The position numbers were made by a program, and so were the translations under genes. This document shows positions 20,212-30,949 of a DNA stretch of 64,000 nt, piece by piece. A model generated the notes under the pieces. The model was not told the DNA's origin. It saw nothing but the letters and a program-made list of their open reading frames with translations, and did not search any database. The stretch is from Candidatus Latescibacterota bacterium (lineage in GTDB: Bacteria; Latescibacterota; UBA2968; UBA8231). The DNA lies in contig CBDCDC010000002.1 in the NCBI GenBank assembly GCA_965215195.1, forward strand, positions 1,344,001-1,408,000, in the 5' to 3' direction. How positions within the stretch are numbered: position 1 is the first letter of the stretch; the number at the start of each line of letters is the position of its first letter.

Positions 20212-20913
20212 ATGTCTGAGAGGCGTTTGGCAGGCGGTCGGGAGATCGTGCTGCCGATGAGTAAAGCAGTGGAAATTAGTTTTCGCAGCCTGAAAATTCG
20301 CTTTGGCCGCTCGCTGATCACCACCAGCGGCGTGATTTTGGCCATTGCCTTTTTAATGTCGGTGTGGAGCAACAACGAAATCGTCACCAGCCTGCGGAGC
20401 GCGGACAAAAGCGAGATCAACTTGCTGTTGCAAAAAAACGGCATTGAGACCGGCATCACCGAAGCCGGCGACGCTTCCGCAGAGGCTGCGGGCCGCATAC
20501 AGGAAGAGCGATCCAAGCAGACTTGGCTCATCAGTCTCTCGCTCTTGGTCTGCGTCGTCGGCATTGCCAACGCCATGTTGATGTCGGTGACCGAGCGATT
20601 CCGCGAGATCGGCACTATGAAGTGCCTCGGGGCCTTGGACACCTTTATCGTCAAGCTCTTCCTTCTCGAATCGACCTTTCAGGGGTTGGCGGGGACTTCG
20701 GCGGGGATCGTCATTGGCTTCGCCCTGACGCTGGGCTTGGCCCTGCTCGACTACGGCGGCTACGCGCTCACTTATTTCCCGCTGGGCGGCATCGCCGAAT
20801 CGGCCGGGTACGCCTTGGTGGTGGGGACCCTGCTTTCGCTGATTGGTGCTATGTTGCCGGCGTACCGCGCGGCCAAGATGGAGCCGGTCGAGGCCATGCG
20901 CTCGGACACTTGA
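20212..20913 (+). CDS. ABC transporter permease, FtsX/MacB-like
   Basis: GIANAMLMSVTERFREIGTMKCLGA, PAYRAAKMEPVEAMR. Confidence 0.9.
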   Translation: MSERRLAGGREIVLPMSKAVEISFRSLKIRFGRSLITTSGVILAIAFLMSVWSNNEIVTSLRSADKSEINLLLQKNGIETGITEAGDASAEAAGRIQEERSKQTWLISLSLLVCVVGIANAMLMSVTERFREIGTMKCLGALDTFIVKLFLLESTFQGLAGTSAGIVIGFALTLGLALLDYGGYALTYFPLGGIAESAGYALVVGTLLSLIGAMLPAYRAAKMEPVEAMRSDT

Positions 20914-20934
20914 TTTCTTAGAGGAGATTCTGCA

Positions 20935-21705
20935 ATGACCGAAACCGCCCCAAGCGAGATCGCTGTCCAAGAAGCGGAAAAACGCACTGTAGTACGGACC
21001 CAGCAGGTAAAGAAAATTTACTTGATGGGCGAGATTGAGGTTCACGCCCTGCGCGGGGTCGACATGGAGATCTACACCGGCGAGTACCTGTCGATCATGG
21101 GGCCTTCGGGCTCGGGCAAGAGCACCTTCTTCAACATGGTCGGCGGCCTCGACAAGCCCTCGGAGGGCAAGGTGTACATCGACGAAGTAGACGTCGCCCA
21201 GCTCGACGCGTATGAACTGGCTTGGCTGCGCTGCCGCAAGATCGGCTACATCTTCCAGTCGTTCAACTTGATCCCGGTGATGACCGCGCTCGAAAACGTC
21301 ACCTTGCCGATGGTCTTCGCCGGCCTGACCAGCGACGAAGCCCGCGACAAGGGCATGGAGCTATTGGTCAAGGTGGGCCTTGGCGAGCGGCACTCGCACA
21401 AGCCGTACGAGCTTTCGGGCGGCCAGCAGCAGCGCGTGGCCGTCGCCCGCGCCCTCGCCAACGACCCGGCCGTGGTCCTCGCCGACGAGCCGACCGGGAA
21501 TCTGGACCTGCGCACGGGCACCGAAATCATCGAATTGCTCAAAGAGATGAACGAGAATTCCGGCGTGACCGTCATCTCAGCGACCCACGACCACAAGATG
21601 CTCAGCGTCTCCGACCGCGTGGTGTGGGTCAAGGACGGCCAAGTCGATCACGTGCGCAAACGCGAAGATCTCGATATCGAAGTAACCCACGTAGAAGGCG
21701 AGTAG
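20935..21705 (+). CDS. ABC transporter ATP-binding protein (LolD/MacB-like)
   Basis: GPSGSGKST, LSGGQQQRV, LADEPTGNLD, ATHD. Confidence 0.95.
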   Translation: MTETAPSEIAVQEAEKRTVVRTQQVKKIYLMGEIEVHALRGVDMEIYTGEYLSIMGPSGSGKSTFFNMVGGLDKPSEGKVYIDEVDVAQLDAYELAWLRCRKIGYIFQSFNLIPVMTALENVTLPMVFAGLTSDEARDKGMELLVKVGLGERHSHKPYELSGGQQQRVAVARALANDPAVVLADEPTGNLDLRTGTEIIELLKEMNENSGVTVISATHDHKMLSVSDRVVWVKDGQVDHVRKREDLDIEVTHVEGE

Positions 21706-22490
21706 TGCTGCCAGCCTACCCAACCGCCTTTTGGGTCTGCGCGGTGGGGGCAGTGCTCTTGATGGGGGTGGCCAAGGCCGGCTTTGGCGGCGGCATTGGG
21801 ATTTTGGCCACCCCGCTTTTGGCACTGACGGTTTCGGTGGCCGACGCGGCGGCCCTGTTGCTGCCGCTGTTGATCGCCTGCGATGTGTTCGCCGTCCGCC
21901 ACTACCGCCGCACCTTCGACAAAACGAGCGTCCAACGGCTCCTGCCCGGTTCCGCCTTGGGGATCGGCGCCGGGGCCTTTTTTTTTGGCTACTTCAGCCA
22001 GCACGAGCGCGTCTTGGAGATAGGCTTGGGCTGCTTGGCCTTGCTGTTTGTCGCTTTCCAATTCGGGCGGGCGGCGATTGTCGGGGCCGTGCGGAAGCAG
22101 CATCCGGGGCCGCTCGCCGGCGTACTGATGGGCGCGGCCTCGGGCTTCACCTCAACGCTTGCCCACGCCGGGGCCCCGCCGGTGGTCATCTACTTGCTGC
22201 CGCAGCAGCTTCCACGCCACGTCTTCGTCGGCACCACGGTCATCTTCTTCGCCGCGCTCAACTTGCTCAAACTGCCGCCCTATTGGGGCTTGGGGCTTTT
22301 TCACGCCGACATTTTTAAGACGACTTTGCTACTGGCTCCGCTGGCGTACATCGGGGTGCGGTTGGGCGTGTTTTTGCTCCAGCGATTTAGCGATGTGTGG
22401 TTTAATAGGATAGTGTACGGGATGTTGCTGGCGACGGCGGTGCAGTTGATTACTGGAAGCAATCTGCTGGAGGGGATGGTCCGGGGGTGA
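21705..22490 (+). CDS. TauE/SafE family sulfite exporter
   Basis: GTG overlapping upstream stop; GVAKAGFGGG, LLPLL..CD, GFTSTLAHAGAPP, NLLKLPPY. Confidence 0.85.
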   Translation: MLPAYPTAFWVCAVGAVLLMGVAKAGFGGGIGILATPLLALTVSVADAAALLLPLLIACDVFAVRHYRRTFDKTSVQRLLPGSALGIGAGAFFFGYFSQHERVLEIGLGCLALLFVAFQFGRAAIVGAVRKQHPGPLAGVLMGAASGFTSTLAHAGAPPVVIYLLPQQLPRHVFVGTTVIFFAALNLLKLPPYWGLGLFHADIFKTTLLLAPLAYIGVRLGVFLLQRFSDVWFNRIVYGMLLATAVQLITGSNLLEGMVRG

Positions 22491-22528
22491 TAGACCTTGC
22501 GCCTCAAAGTCGTGGCGCACGGACCGTT

Positions 22529-22620
22529 TCAGGGTGTCCGTAGTTCCCTTATTGCATTTATTACATCAACGGCTTCGCCCGGCGCGACGATGGGTATTTA
22601 GTGTCTAGGACGACTCTCAT
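22529..22620 (-). pseudogene. internally deleted PIN-domain (VapC-like) toxin remnant
   Basis: Starts right after the antitoxin stop: MRVVLDT (PIN N-terminus), joined out of frame to IPIVAPGEAVDVINAIRELRTP* (PIN C-terminus-like). Confidence 0.65.
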
Positions 22621-22854
22621 CTAGGCTCGGCGGAGCTGGTGGACAATACGGGAGATTTCTTCGAGCGAGGGCTGAGTAGAATCCGCTACGGCAGCGGCTC
22701 GGTCGAGCAGGTCGGATGAATTCTCTGCAAAAGCGACGACCTTAAACAGCGGCTTAGATCGCTTGACGACGACGATTTCGCGCCATTGCTCCAAGTGTTC
22801 GGCAATGCGCGGCAATTGCTGGCGAAATTCCTTTGCGCTCAAGTATTTAGCCAT
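22621..22854 (-). CDS. Phd/YefM family antitoxin
   Basis: 77 aa; SAKEFRQQLPRI...EIVVVKRSKPLFKV pattern; GGAG RBS. Confidence 0.75.
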   Translation of the reverse strand: MAKYLSAKEFRQQLPRIAEHLEQWREIVVVKRSKPLFKVVAFAENSSDLLDRAAAVADSTQPSLEEISRIVHQLRRA

Positions 22855-23001
22855 GAGAAATCTCCACTGTGAAGTTCGACGTTAAGTAACTTTAGTATAA
22901 ATTCTGCCGCCAAAAATCAACGGACCCATGCGGCCCGCTTCTACCGAGGATTGACCCTAGGCAGATCCTTTGAACGACTTTATTTAGAAGGAAACCAAAA
23001 C

Positions 23002-23229
23002 ATGGCGATCTCGATTCAACTTCCTGCTGACGCGGAACAACGGCTCGATTTTCTGGCGGCGCAAACAGGGCGCACCAAAGATGGCTGCCTGCGCGAGATT
23101 ATCGAACGGGGCCTTGAAGACATGGAGGACTACTATCTCGCCGCCGAAGTCCTGAAGCGCGTCCGAAACGGCGAGGAGCAGGTGTACTCCGCTGCTGAAG
23201 TGAAGAAAGCCCTTGGTCTGGACGATTGA
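23002..23229 (+). CDS. RelB-like ribbon-helix-helix antitoxin
   Basis: ISIQLP..EQRLDFLAAQTGRTK...LEDMEDYYLA; overlaps toxin gene. Confidence 0.85.
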   Translation: MAISIQLPADAEQRLDFLAAQTGRTKDGCLREIIERGLEDMEDYYLAAEVLKRVRNGEEQVYSAAEVKKALGLDD

Positions 23230-23479
23230 GTACACCAAAACTGCTAGCGATCAGCTTCGCAAACTGGACAAACAGACGGCTCGTCGTATTATCGCTTACC
23301 TCGACGACAGGGTGGCCGTGCTCGACGATCCACGGAGTTTGGGTAGAGTGCTAACAGGTCCATTTGGTGGGTTGTGGCGCTATCGCGTTGGAAATTGCCG
23401 GGTAGTCTGCGACATTCAGGATCGCGTCTTGCGGATTGTCGTCGTCAGGATTGGTGCTCGCGACAGGGTGTATCGTTGA
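23213..23479 (+). CDS. relE: RelE/ParE family toxin
   Basis: W.IEY...A..QLRKLDK, DPRSLG, LWRYRVGN.RV, RIG.R..VYR. Confidence 0.88.
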   Translation: MVWTIEYTKTASDQLRKLDKQTARRIIAYLDDRVAVLDDPRSLGRVLTGPFGGLWRYRVGNCRVVCDIQDRVLRIVVVRIGARDRVYR

Positions 23480-23551
23480 TCGTGAACGGTTTTGTGCGAC
23501 AGTATAATTACCTCTATAACGCCTTTACTTTCTCTCGGGAGACCATACCCA

Positions 23552-24505
23552 ATGGACACTAGACCCTATTCCCGCCGCACCTTCCTCAAGCTGTCGACCG
23601 CGGCGGCCGCTGGCCTTTCCATAAGTGCCGCTCCCAACCACCGCGACATGCCCCACCGGATCTTGGGCCGCACAGGCGAAGCCGTTTCCCTGCTCGGCTT
23701 GGGCGGCGCACACCTAGCCGACCACGGCCACATGGAGGAAAGGGAGGCCATCGCCTTGATGCACGCGGCCATCGACGAAGGGATCAACTTCTTCGACAAT
23801 GCTTGGGGCTACTCCAACGGCAAGAGCGAGATGCGCATGGGCAAGGCCCTGCGCGGGGGCTATCGCGACCGCGTATTTCTAATGACCAAGGACACCAGCC
23901 GCCACCCCAAGCGGGCGATTGCTCACCTCGAAGAGAGCTTGCGGCGGCTGCAAACCGACGCGATTGACCTGTGGCAGTTTCACAATATCAAACAGCCCGA
24001 CGACCCACAGCGGATCTACGAGCAGGGCCTGTTAGAGGCCGCGCTCAAAGCCAAAGAGGAGGGCAAGATCCGCTACATCGGCTTCACCGGCCATACCTTG
24101 CCCGCCCTGCACGTGGAGATGATCGAGCGCGGCTTTGCTTGGGACGCCACGCAAATGCCGATCAACGTGTTTGACCCGCACTACCTCAGCTTTGTCGAGC
24201 AGGTGCTGCCGGTCGCAGTGGAAAAGAACATCGGGGTCATCGCCATGAAAACCTTGGCCGGTTCGCCCGAAGCGATCCTCGCCACGGGTGTGGCCACGGC
24301 CGCAGAGTGCTTGCGCTACGCCATGAGTCTGCCGGTGGCTACCGTGTGTTCCGGGATGGATTCGCTGGAAAAGCTGCGGCAGAACATCGCCGTTGCCCGA
24401 CAGTTCGCGCCCTTGGCCGACGAAGAGCGGCTCGCGCTTTTGTCGCGCACTCAAGAGCTGGGGATGCGGGGTACACGCGAGTCGTACAAGGCCCGCCGGC
24501 CCTGA
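23552..24505 (+). CDS. aldo/keto reductase with Tat signal peptide
   Basis: SRRTFLK twin-arginine motif; FFDNAWGY, FLMTK, IDLWQFH, IGFTGH, AMKT. Confidence 0.88.
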   Translation: MDTRPYSRRTFLKLSTAAAAGLSISAAPNHRDMPHRILGRTGEAVSLLGLGGAHLADHGHMEEREAIALMHAAIDEGINFFDNAWGYSNGKSEMRMGKALRGGYRDRVFLMTKDTSRHPKRAIAHLEESLRRLQTDAIDLWQFHNIKQPDDPQRIYEQGLLEAALKAKEEGKIRYIGFTGHTLPALHVEMIERGFAWDATQMPINVFDPHYLSFVEQVLPVAVEKNIGVIAMKTLAGSPEAILATGVATAAECLRYAMSLPVATVCSGMDSLEKLRQNIAVARQFAPLADEERLALLSRTQELGMRGTRESYKARRP

Positions 24506-24510
24506 TCGCC

Positions 24511-27492
24511 GTGCGCCATCCCTTCCTTTGCCTCCTTTTTGCGCTGCCCCTGTGGGGCCAAGACCTCGCCATCGCGCCAGCCAAACCCGCTGGTCCTCCC
24601 AAGATGGAAAGTGCGCTGTGGGAGTTGGCTAGGCCCTCGGCGGCCAAGCCGACCCGCGCCAGCTCAAACGCGGTCGTCATTTTGGTGCCCACGGCGGGCG
24701 CGGCGGCCGCCATTGACACCGCAGCGTTAGCCTCCCTCGGCGTCGATATTTTGGCCCAGTCCAAGAGCCTGATGCGCGTGTCGGTTCCGCCCGCATCGCT
24801 GCGGGCGGTGTCTGAGTTACCGAGCGTGGCCTTCGTCCGCAGGCCGTACCGTCCACACGCGCAACAGACCGTTAGCGAAGGCTTAGCTCGCATCCGCGCT
24901 TTCGCACATCACGCGGCTGGCGCGAAGGGCCAAGGGATTAAGGTGGCGGTTATCGACGTCGGATTTAAGGGGGCCGATACGCTGCGCGACGACATACCAG
25001 CGCGTCGGTGGTTCCGCGACTATACGCACACGGGGATATACGCCGGGACCGCCCACGGCACCGCGTGTGCCGAGATCATCCACGACGTGGCTCCAGAAGC
25101 CGAACTCTATCTGTACAAGGTTGCGGATGAAGTGGATTTGGAGAATGCCAAAGACCGCTGCATCCAAAACGGCGTTGCCATTGTAAACCACTCGGTGACT
25201 TGGGTGGGAGAGGGCTTTGGGGACGGGCGCGGGATCATCTGCGACATTGTAAATGACGCGGCTGACAACGGCATTCTCTGGGTCAACGCGGTCGGCAACT
25301 ACGCCCAAAAGCACTACATGGGTTTTTGGCGCGATAGCGACGCCGACAATCGGCACAATTTTGCCGCCGGCGACGACGCGGTGAATTTTGCCGCTGAAAT
25401 CGGCAACGCCATAAGGGTGACCCTGACTTGGGACGATTGGCCCATCGCCACTCAGAATTACGACCTGTATCTCTACTATCAAGACGCGTCCGGCAACATC
25501 AAAGAGGTCGGCAAAAGCACGGACGTGCAGGGGAGCGGCGGTGCTCCGGTGGAGTTTATCGAATACTTCGCCGGGCGAGCGGGCACCTATGGCATTTCCG
25601 TCGTCCGCGTCGGCGAGGCCGCGCCCAAGAAGCTGCGAGTGTGGTCTTGGCACCACGACATCGAATATCCGGTCCCGGCTGGCAGCATTGGGATTCCATC
25701 GGATGCTCGCGGCGCACTGAGCGTTGGGGCGATCCACCACGACTACTGGGACTTAGGCACACTGGCAAGCTCTAGCTCGCGCGGCCCCACCGCCGATGGC
25801 CGCATCAAGCCCGACCTCGTCGCACCTTCGGGCGTGTCAACGGCTTCTTACGGTGCGGATATGTTTGGGGGGACCTCGGCTGCGGCTCCCCACGTGGCCG
25901 GTGCAGCCGCCTTGATCAAATCGGCCAATCCTTCGCTCACGCGCGACGATCTGTGGAAGGCCCTCGTCGAGGCCGCGGTCGATTTGGGGGCTCCGGGCAA
26001 GGACGACAGCACGGGATACGGCAAACTCGTGCTGTCGGTTGCCGCGCCGCAAATTGCGAGCGTCTCGCCGCGCCGCATTCAATACGGCCAAACAGCGACC
26101 ATCGTCGGCGAGGATTTCGGCGCAGACAGAGGGACGAGCAAAGTGGTCTTTTTCGCGGGAATGGAGCCGAGCGATTCCGACTATCTCGCTTGGAGCGACG
26201 CGCAGATTCGAGTGCGCGTGCCGACCGGTGCTCGCACCGGCAAGATGCAGGTGATAACCGGCAGCGGCAGCGACGGTGCGCCGGTGGTCGTCACATCCCC
26301 TTACATCGACGCGATCGCCAATCACACGCGCATGGATGCGCGGGCCAAGACCGGCGATCTCATCGAAATTGCCGGAGACAATTTCGGCCTCGCGCAGGAC
26401 AGCAGTTCCGTGCGGATTGATTCGGTCGCGGCGTCTTCGTTTGAGGCTTGGTCGGATGAGACGATACGATTCCGCGTTCCGCTCAATGCGCCCTCGGGCG
26501 ACGTAACTGTTGCGACGTCTGAGGGCACCAGCAATGCCGTCCGCGTGGAAATCGCCAGCCCGTACTTGGCGCAACTTTCGCCACCGCAAGTACAGGCCGG
26601 CGAGCACCTGACCCTGACCGGCGGCAACTTTGGCCCCGAGCGCGGCACCGGGTACGTGTTGTTTAATCCCAATGTGCAAGCGGCGGCGGCCGATTACGCG
26701 GTCTGGTCCAACGGCATCATCGTCGTGCGGGTCCCGTTTGAGGCCCGCAGCGGCGCGGTGCAGGTTTTTACCGATGCTGGGGCGACCGGAGCCGCGCACG
26801 TTGAGATTGGCAGCGAATGGGTAGAGCCGCTGCCGAGCAGTGGAATTTTCGGCTACAGCCCGCCCGCGGTTAGCAAAAATCCCAAAAGCGTCCGGTTCGG
26901 TTTTGCGGGGATCAACGGCGATGTCCTATGTCAATTTTCGACTAAGGAAATAAGCGACGACGAGGTCGTCATTTTCCTCAACGAACAGCAGTACGCCGCG
27001 GTGCCGGAGAGTGAGGATTGGACGATTCGGTATCTCGTCCTCCATGAAACAGACCTCCAATCCGGTCAAAACATCATCGAGTTCCGCAATATCATCAATC
27101 AAGACCGCGCCGCATCCTTCGCCCGCTGGCAGTTGAAGGACGTGATGCTGTGGAAGCCGTTTAGTGCCAAGCTGGCCGCCGGGACGCGGCTTTTGTCCAA
27201 GCTGCCGGACGGACTAGTGTCCGGCTTAGGCAACCCCTTCCCCACGCCGTTCAACGCCGAAGTGACCATTCCCTTTGCTCTGGTCGAGGCCGGCCCGGTG
27301 CGGCTTTCTGTCTATAACCTGATGGGGCAGCAGATTCGCGTGTTGGCCGATGGCTGGGTGACTGCTGGCGCACACCACGTGCGCTGGGACGGTCGCACGG
27401 CTGCGGGCACCGAAGTCGCTTCGGGGGTCTATTGGGCCGTTTTGCAAGCCGGCGAGGCCGTGCAAACGGCCAAATTGGCGTTGATTCGCTGA
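24511..27492 (+). CDS. secreted S8 (subtilisin-like) peptidase with IPT/TIG repeats and C-terminal FlgD/T9SS-like Ig domain
   Basis: GTG 24511 with signal peptide; triad VAVID, HGTACA, GTSAAAPHVAG; three IPT-like units (G.NFG...WS...I.VRVP); PTPFNAEVTIPF...VYNLMGQ. Confidence 0.88.
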   Translation: MRHPFLCLLFALPLWGQDLAIAPAKPAGPPKMESALWELARPSAAKPTRASSNAVVILVPTAGAAAAIDTAALASLGVDILAQSKSLMRVSVPPASLRAVSELPSVAFVRRPYRPHAQQTVSEGLARIRAFAHHAAGAKGQGIKVAVIDVGFKGADTLRDDIPARRWFRDYTHTGIYAGTAHGTACAEIIHDVAPEAELYLYKVADEVDLENAKDRCIQNGVAIVNHSVTWVGEGFGDGRGIICDIVNDAADNGILWVNAVGNYAQKHYMGFWRDSDADNRHNFAAGDDAVNFAAEIGNAIRVTLTWDDWPIATQNYDLYLYYQDASGNIKEVGKSTDVQGSGGAPVEFIEYFAGRAGTYGISVVRVGEAAPKKLRVWSWHHDIEYPVPAGSIGIPSDARGALSVGAIHHDYWDLGTLASSSSRGPTADGRIKPDLVAPSGVSTASYGADMFGGTSAAAPHVAGAAALIKSANPSLTRDDLWKALVEAAVDLGAPGKDDSTGYGKLVLSVAAPQIASVSPRRIQYGQTATIVGEDFGADRGTSKVVFFAGMEPSDSDYLAWSDAQIRVRVPTGARTGKMQVITGSGSDGAPVVVTSPYIDAIANHTRMDARAKTGDLIEIAGDNFGLAQDSSSVRIDSVAASSFEAWSDETIRFRVPLNAPSGDVTVATSEGTSNAVRVEIASPYLAQLSPPQVQAGEHLTLTGGNFGPERGTGYVLFNPNVQAAAADYAVWSNGIIVVRVPFEARSGAVQVFTDAGATGAAHVEIGSEWVEPLPSSGIFGYSPPAVSKNPKSVRFGFAGINGDVLCQFSTKEISDDEVVIFLNEQQYAAVPESEDWTIRYLVLHETDLQSGQNIIEFRNIINQDRAASFARWQLKDVMLWKPFSAKLAAGTRLLSKLPDGLVSGLGNPFPTPFNAEVTIPFALVEAGPVRLSVYNLMGQQIRVLADGWVTAGAHHVRWDGRTAAGTEVASGVYWAVLQAGEAVQTAKLALIR

Positions 27493-27499
27493 ACCGAAT
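27456..27499 (+). repeat. junction repeat copy 1 (S8 gene 3' end)
   Basis: GGCCGTGCAAACGGCCAAATTGGCGTTGATTCGCTGAACCGAAT; 42/44 identical to 33329-33372. Confidence 0.9.
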
Positions 27500-27520
27500 A
27501 GTGCCTGCCACGAATTTTCC

Positions 27521-27548
27521 TTGACGACTCGTTTTGAGGGCGTACTAT
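27521..27548 (+). promoter_or_regulatory. putative promoter of second S8 gene
   Basis: TTGACG-16 nt-TACTAT. Confidence 0.45.
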
Positions 27549-29196
27549 AAGCCGCCGCAACTCGCGTCGGCATTCCACATGCTAGATACACTCATCTCTT
27601 ACAGCATGGAGCGGAAATGAAATCAATTAATCGTTGTAGAATTATGACCGCCCTTTTCTCGGGCATCCTTGGCTATGTACCCCTTTGGGGACAAGACCTA
27701 AACTTCACACCGGCCAAACCCGACGGCCCTGCCAAGCTACAGAGTGCGTTGTGGGAGTTGGCAACGCCGCGGGCGGCCAAGTCGAGCCGCGCCTTACAGG
27801 ATACGGTCGTCGTCATCTTGGTTCCACAGCTTGGCCAAGCGTCGGCTTCGATTGACACGTCGTCGCTGGCAGCACTTGGGGGAAGGGTGTTGGCGCAGTC
27901 CAAGAGCCTGATGCGGATTTCGGTCCCGGCGGCGTCGTTACTGGCGGTCTCGGAATTGCCGGGAGTTGGCTTTGTCCGCCGGCCGTACCGGCCGCATTCG
28001 CAACTGACCCTTAGCGAGGGCGGGGCTTACATCAAAGCGTATGATAATTACCTCGCGGGTGTCAGAGGCCAAGGGGTCAAGGTGGCGATTATCGACGGAG
28101 GAGGATTTAAGGGGGCGAACCAGTTGGGTCAAGACATGCCGGCGCGTTGGCGATACCGCGACTATACGGGCGAGGGGATATACGCCGGCGAGGGCGTCCA
28201 CGGCACAGGGTGTGCCGAGATCGTCCACGACGTGGCTCCTGATGCTGAGCTCACGCTTCTGAAGACGGGCGATCTGCTTGACTTTGAAAATGCCAAGGAC
28301 TTCTGCATACGAGAGGGAATTGACATAATCAGTGATTCTGGGACTTGGCCAACAACGGGTTTTGGCGACGGCCGAGGGTTCGCCTGCGACATTGTAAACG
28401 ACGCCGCGGATAATGGCATTCTCTGGGTGAATGCGGCAGGCAATGGCGCAGAGAGCCATTACTCCGGGTTCTGGTCTGATCGCGATGATGACGATTGGCA
28501 CAACTTTAGAGGTGGAGATGAGTTGCTAACATTTGAAGCAGAGGAAGGAGATGAGATAGATATTGCGTTGATCTGGAATGATTGGCCGACCACCTCCAAA
28601 ATTACGACTTGTATCTTTATCATGACGACGAGCGGGTTGCCAAAAGTACGGATATTCAATCAAGGAATGCACCCAAAGCTCCCGTAGAATGGATCGAAAT
28701 CAAAGCAGAAAGATCGGGAAGATATGGAATTGCTGTTCGCAGCGAGGGCGCTCAGCCCAGAAGGCTGAAAATATGGTCGTTTGAGCACAATTTTGAAGCG
28801 TATGCGGTTGCGGAGAACAGCATAGAAGTTCCATCCGACGCACGAGGAGCCATGGCCGTCGGGGCAGTCCATTATTGGAACTATGGCTCAGGAAGAGTTG
28901 CAGAGTACAGCTCTCGCGGCCCCACCACCGATGGCCGCATCAAACCCGAACTCGTCGCGCCTAGTGGAGTGGCGACGGTTTCTTATGGAGCGGACGGTTT
29001 TTTTGGCACCTCGGCTGCGGCACCCCACGTGGCCGGCGCGGCCGCCCTGATCAAGTCGGCGAATCCCTCGTACTCGCGCACTCAATTGTGGAACGCACTG
29101 GTCGCGGCCACGGTTGACGTAGGAACCCGGGGCAGGGATAACACCAGCGGATACGGCAAACTTGTCCTGCCGGCTTTACGGAACACTTCATCTTTA

Positions 29197-30200
29197 TCTC
29201 GCGCTCCCCAAATCACGTCCGTATCGCCTAGCCGGGTTCGCTACAATCAAGTCGCGACCCTCCGCGGCCGTAATTTCGGCTCCTCGCGGAGGAGCAGCTC
29301 GGTGCGGATTGGTTCGGTGGTGGTCTCTTCATTCACTGCTTGGTCAAACACCACAATCAAGTTCCGCGTTCCTCTCAATACTCCTCCCGGCAACCTGACC
29401 GTTAGAACGTCAGAAGGCACCAGCAATTCCGTCCGCCTAGGCATAACAAGCCCGCATCTGACGCGAATCGCACCTACGCAAGCAAAAACGAGGGCTCCTC
29501 TAACGCTAACGGGCGGCAATTTTGGCACTAGACGCGGCAGCGGCTACGTTTTATTTTCCTCCAATGTCCGGCCTTCGGCTGCGGACTATGTGAGTTGGTC
29601 CAACAGCAGAATTGTCGTCCGGGTTCCGTCCCAAGCCCGCAGCGGCAATGTGCAGGTCGTTACCTCGAATGGGAGGTCGGGGACGAGGCTTTTACAGGTC
29701 GCTTCCTCTCGCGCTCCTCAAATCACGTCCGTATCGCCCAGCCGAGTGCGATACAATCAAGTCGCGACCCTCCGTGGCCGTAATTTCGGCTCCTCGCGGA
29801 GGAGCAGTTCGGTGCGGATAGGTTCGGTGGTGGTCTCTTCATTCACTGCGTGGTCAAACACCGCAATCAAGTTCCGCGTTCCCCTCAATACGCCTCCCGG
29901 CAACCTAACCGTTAGAACGTCGGAAGGCACCAGTAATTCCGTCCGCCTAGGCATAACAAGCCCGTATCTGACGCGAATCGCACCTACGCAAGCAAAACCA
30001 GGGACTCGTCTAACGCTAGCGGGCGGCAACTTTGGCACTAGACGTGGCACTGGCTACGTTTTATTTACTTCCAATGTACGACCCGCTGCTACAGACTATG
30101 TGAGTTGGTCCAACAGCAGAATTGTCGTCAAGGTCCCAAGTAGGGCACAAAGCGGCAATGTGCAGGTCGTTACCTCGAATGGAAGGTCGGGGACGAAGCG
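29197..30200 (+). repeat. 510-bp tandem duplication encoding IPT/TIG domain pairs
   Basis: Near-identical units starting TCTCGCGCTCC at 29197 and 29707. Confidence 0.92.
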
Positions 30201-30832
30201 GCTTGAAATCGAACAGTTAAAGCCATTGCCGAGCAGAGGGCTCTTCGGCTACAGTCCGCCTGCGGTTAGCAAAAATCCCAAAAGCGTCAAGTTCGGCTTT
30301 CAGGGCATTGGCGAAGATATTGCGCTAGGATGGTCTCTCAAAAATGATGCCGAGGTCGATATTTTGGTCAACGGTCAAAGAGTATGGCGCATTCCAGTAA
30401 GCGACGATTGGAAAATTTGGGGGGGCATTGTAAAACAGACGTATCTCAATTCTGGTCAGAATGTGCTCGAATTTCGCAACAGGGCCAACCAGAGCCGCAC
30501 GAGTTCCTTTACCCATTGGCAGTTGAAGGACGTGAAGTGGTGGAAGCCTGCCAATGCCAAGCCAGTTGCCGGGGCGAATTGGTCCGTCGTCGAATCCGGC
30601 CTAGGCGCTCCCTTTCCCACGCCGTTCAACGCCGAAGTTACCATTCCCTTTGCCTTGGCCGAGGCCGGCCCGGTGCGGCTTTCCGTCTATAACCTGATGG
30701 GGCAGTCCATTCGCGTGTTGGCCGATGGCTGGGTGGCTGCGGGCGCACACCACGTGCGCTGGGACGGTCGCACGGCTGCGGGCGCGGTGGCCGCTTCGGG
30801 GGTCTATTGGGCCGTGCTGCAAGCCGGCGATA

Positions 30833-30867
30833 CCGTGCAAACGGCTAAATTGGCGTTGATTCGCTGA
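30833..30867 (+). repeat. junction repeat copy 2
   Basis: CCGTGCAAACGGCTAAATTGGCGTTGATTCGCTGA, followed by TTGACA at 30882. Confidence 0.9.
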
Positions 30868-30949
30868 GCGTTGTCCGGCGCTTGACAGCGAAAATTTGAG
30901 GGCGTATTTGATTGACATGGGGATTCACAATCCTGCGGTTAGGCGAATA

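Larger units (their letters stand above)
27617..30867 (+). pseudogene. second S8 peptidase paralog (IPT x4, FlgD-like C-terminus), split by a 1-nt frameshift at ~28596-28601 (possibly a sequencing error)
   Basis: ORFs 27617-28687 and 28582-30867 together match paralog 1 end to end; adding one base to ACCTCCAAAATTAC restores DWPTTS-Q/K-NYDLYLY. Confidence 0.8.

Noticed and set aside
21222-21704. N-terminal extensions of the long ORF-track calls for TauE (and similarly 18094, 24307, 46272)
   Set aside because: Out-of-frame overlaps with real upstream genes; coupled starts exist at 21705, 18469, 24511 and 47145
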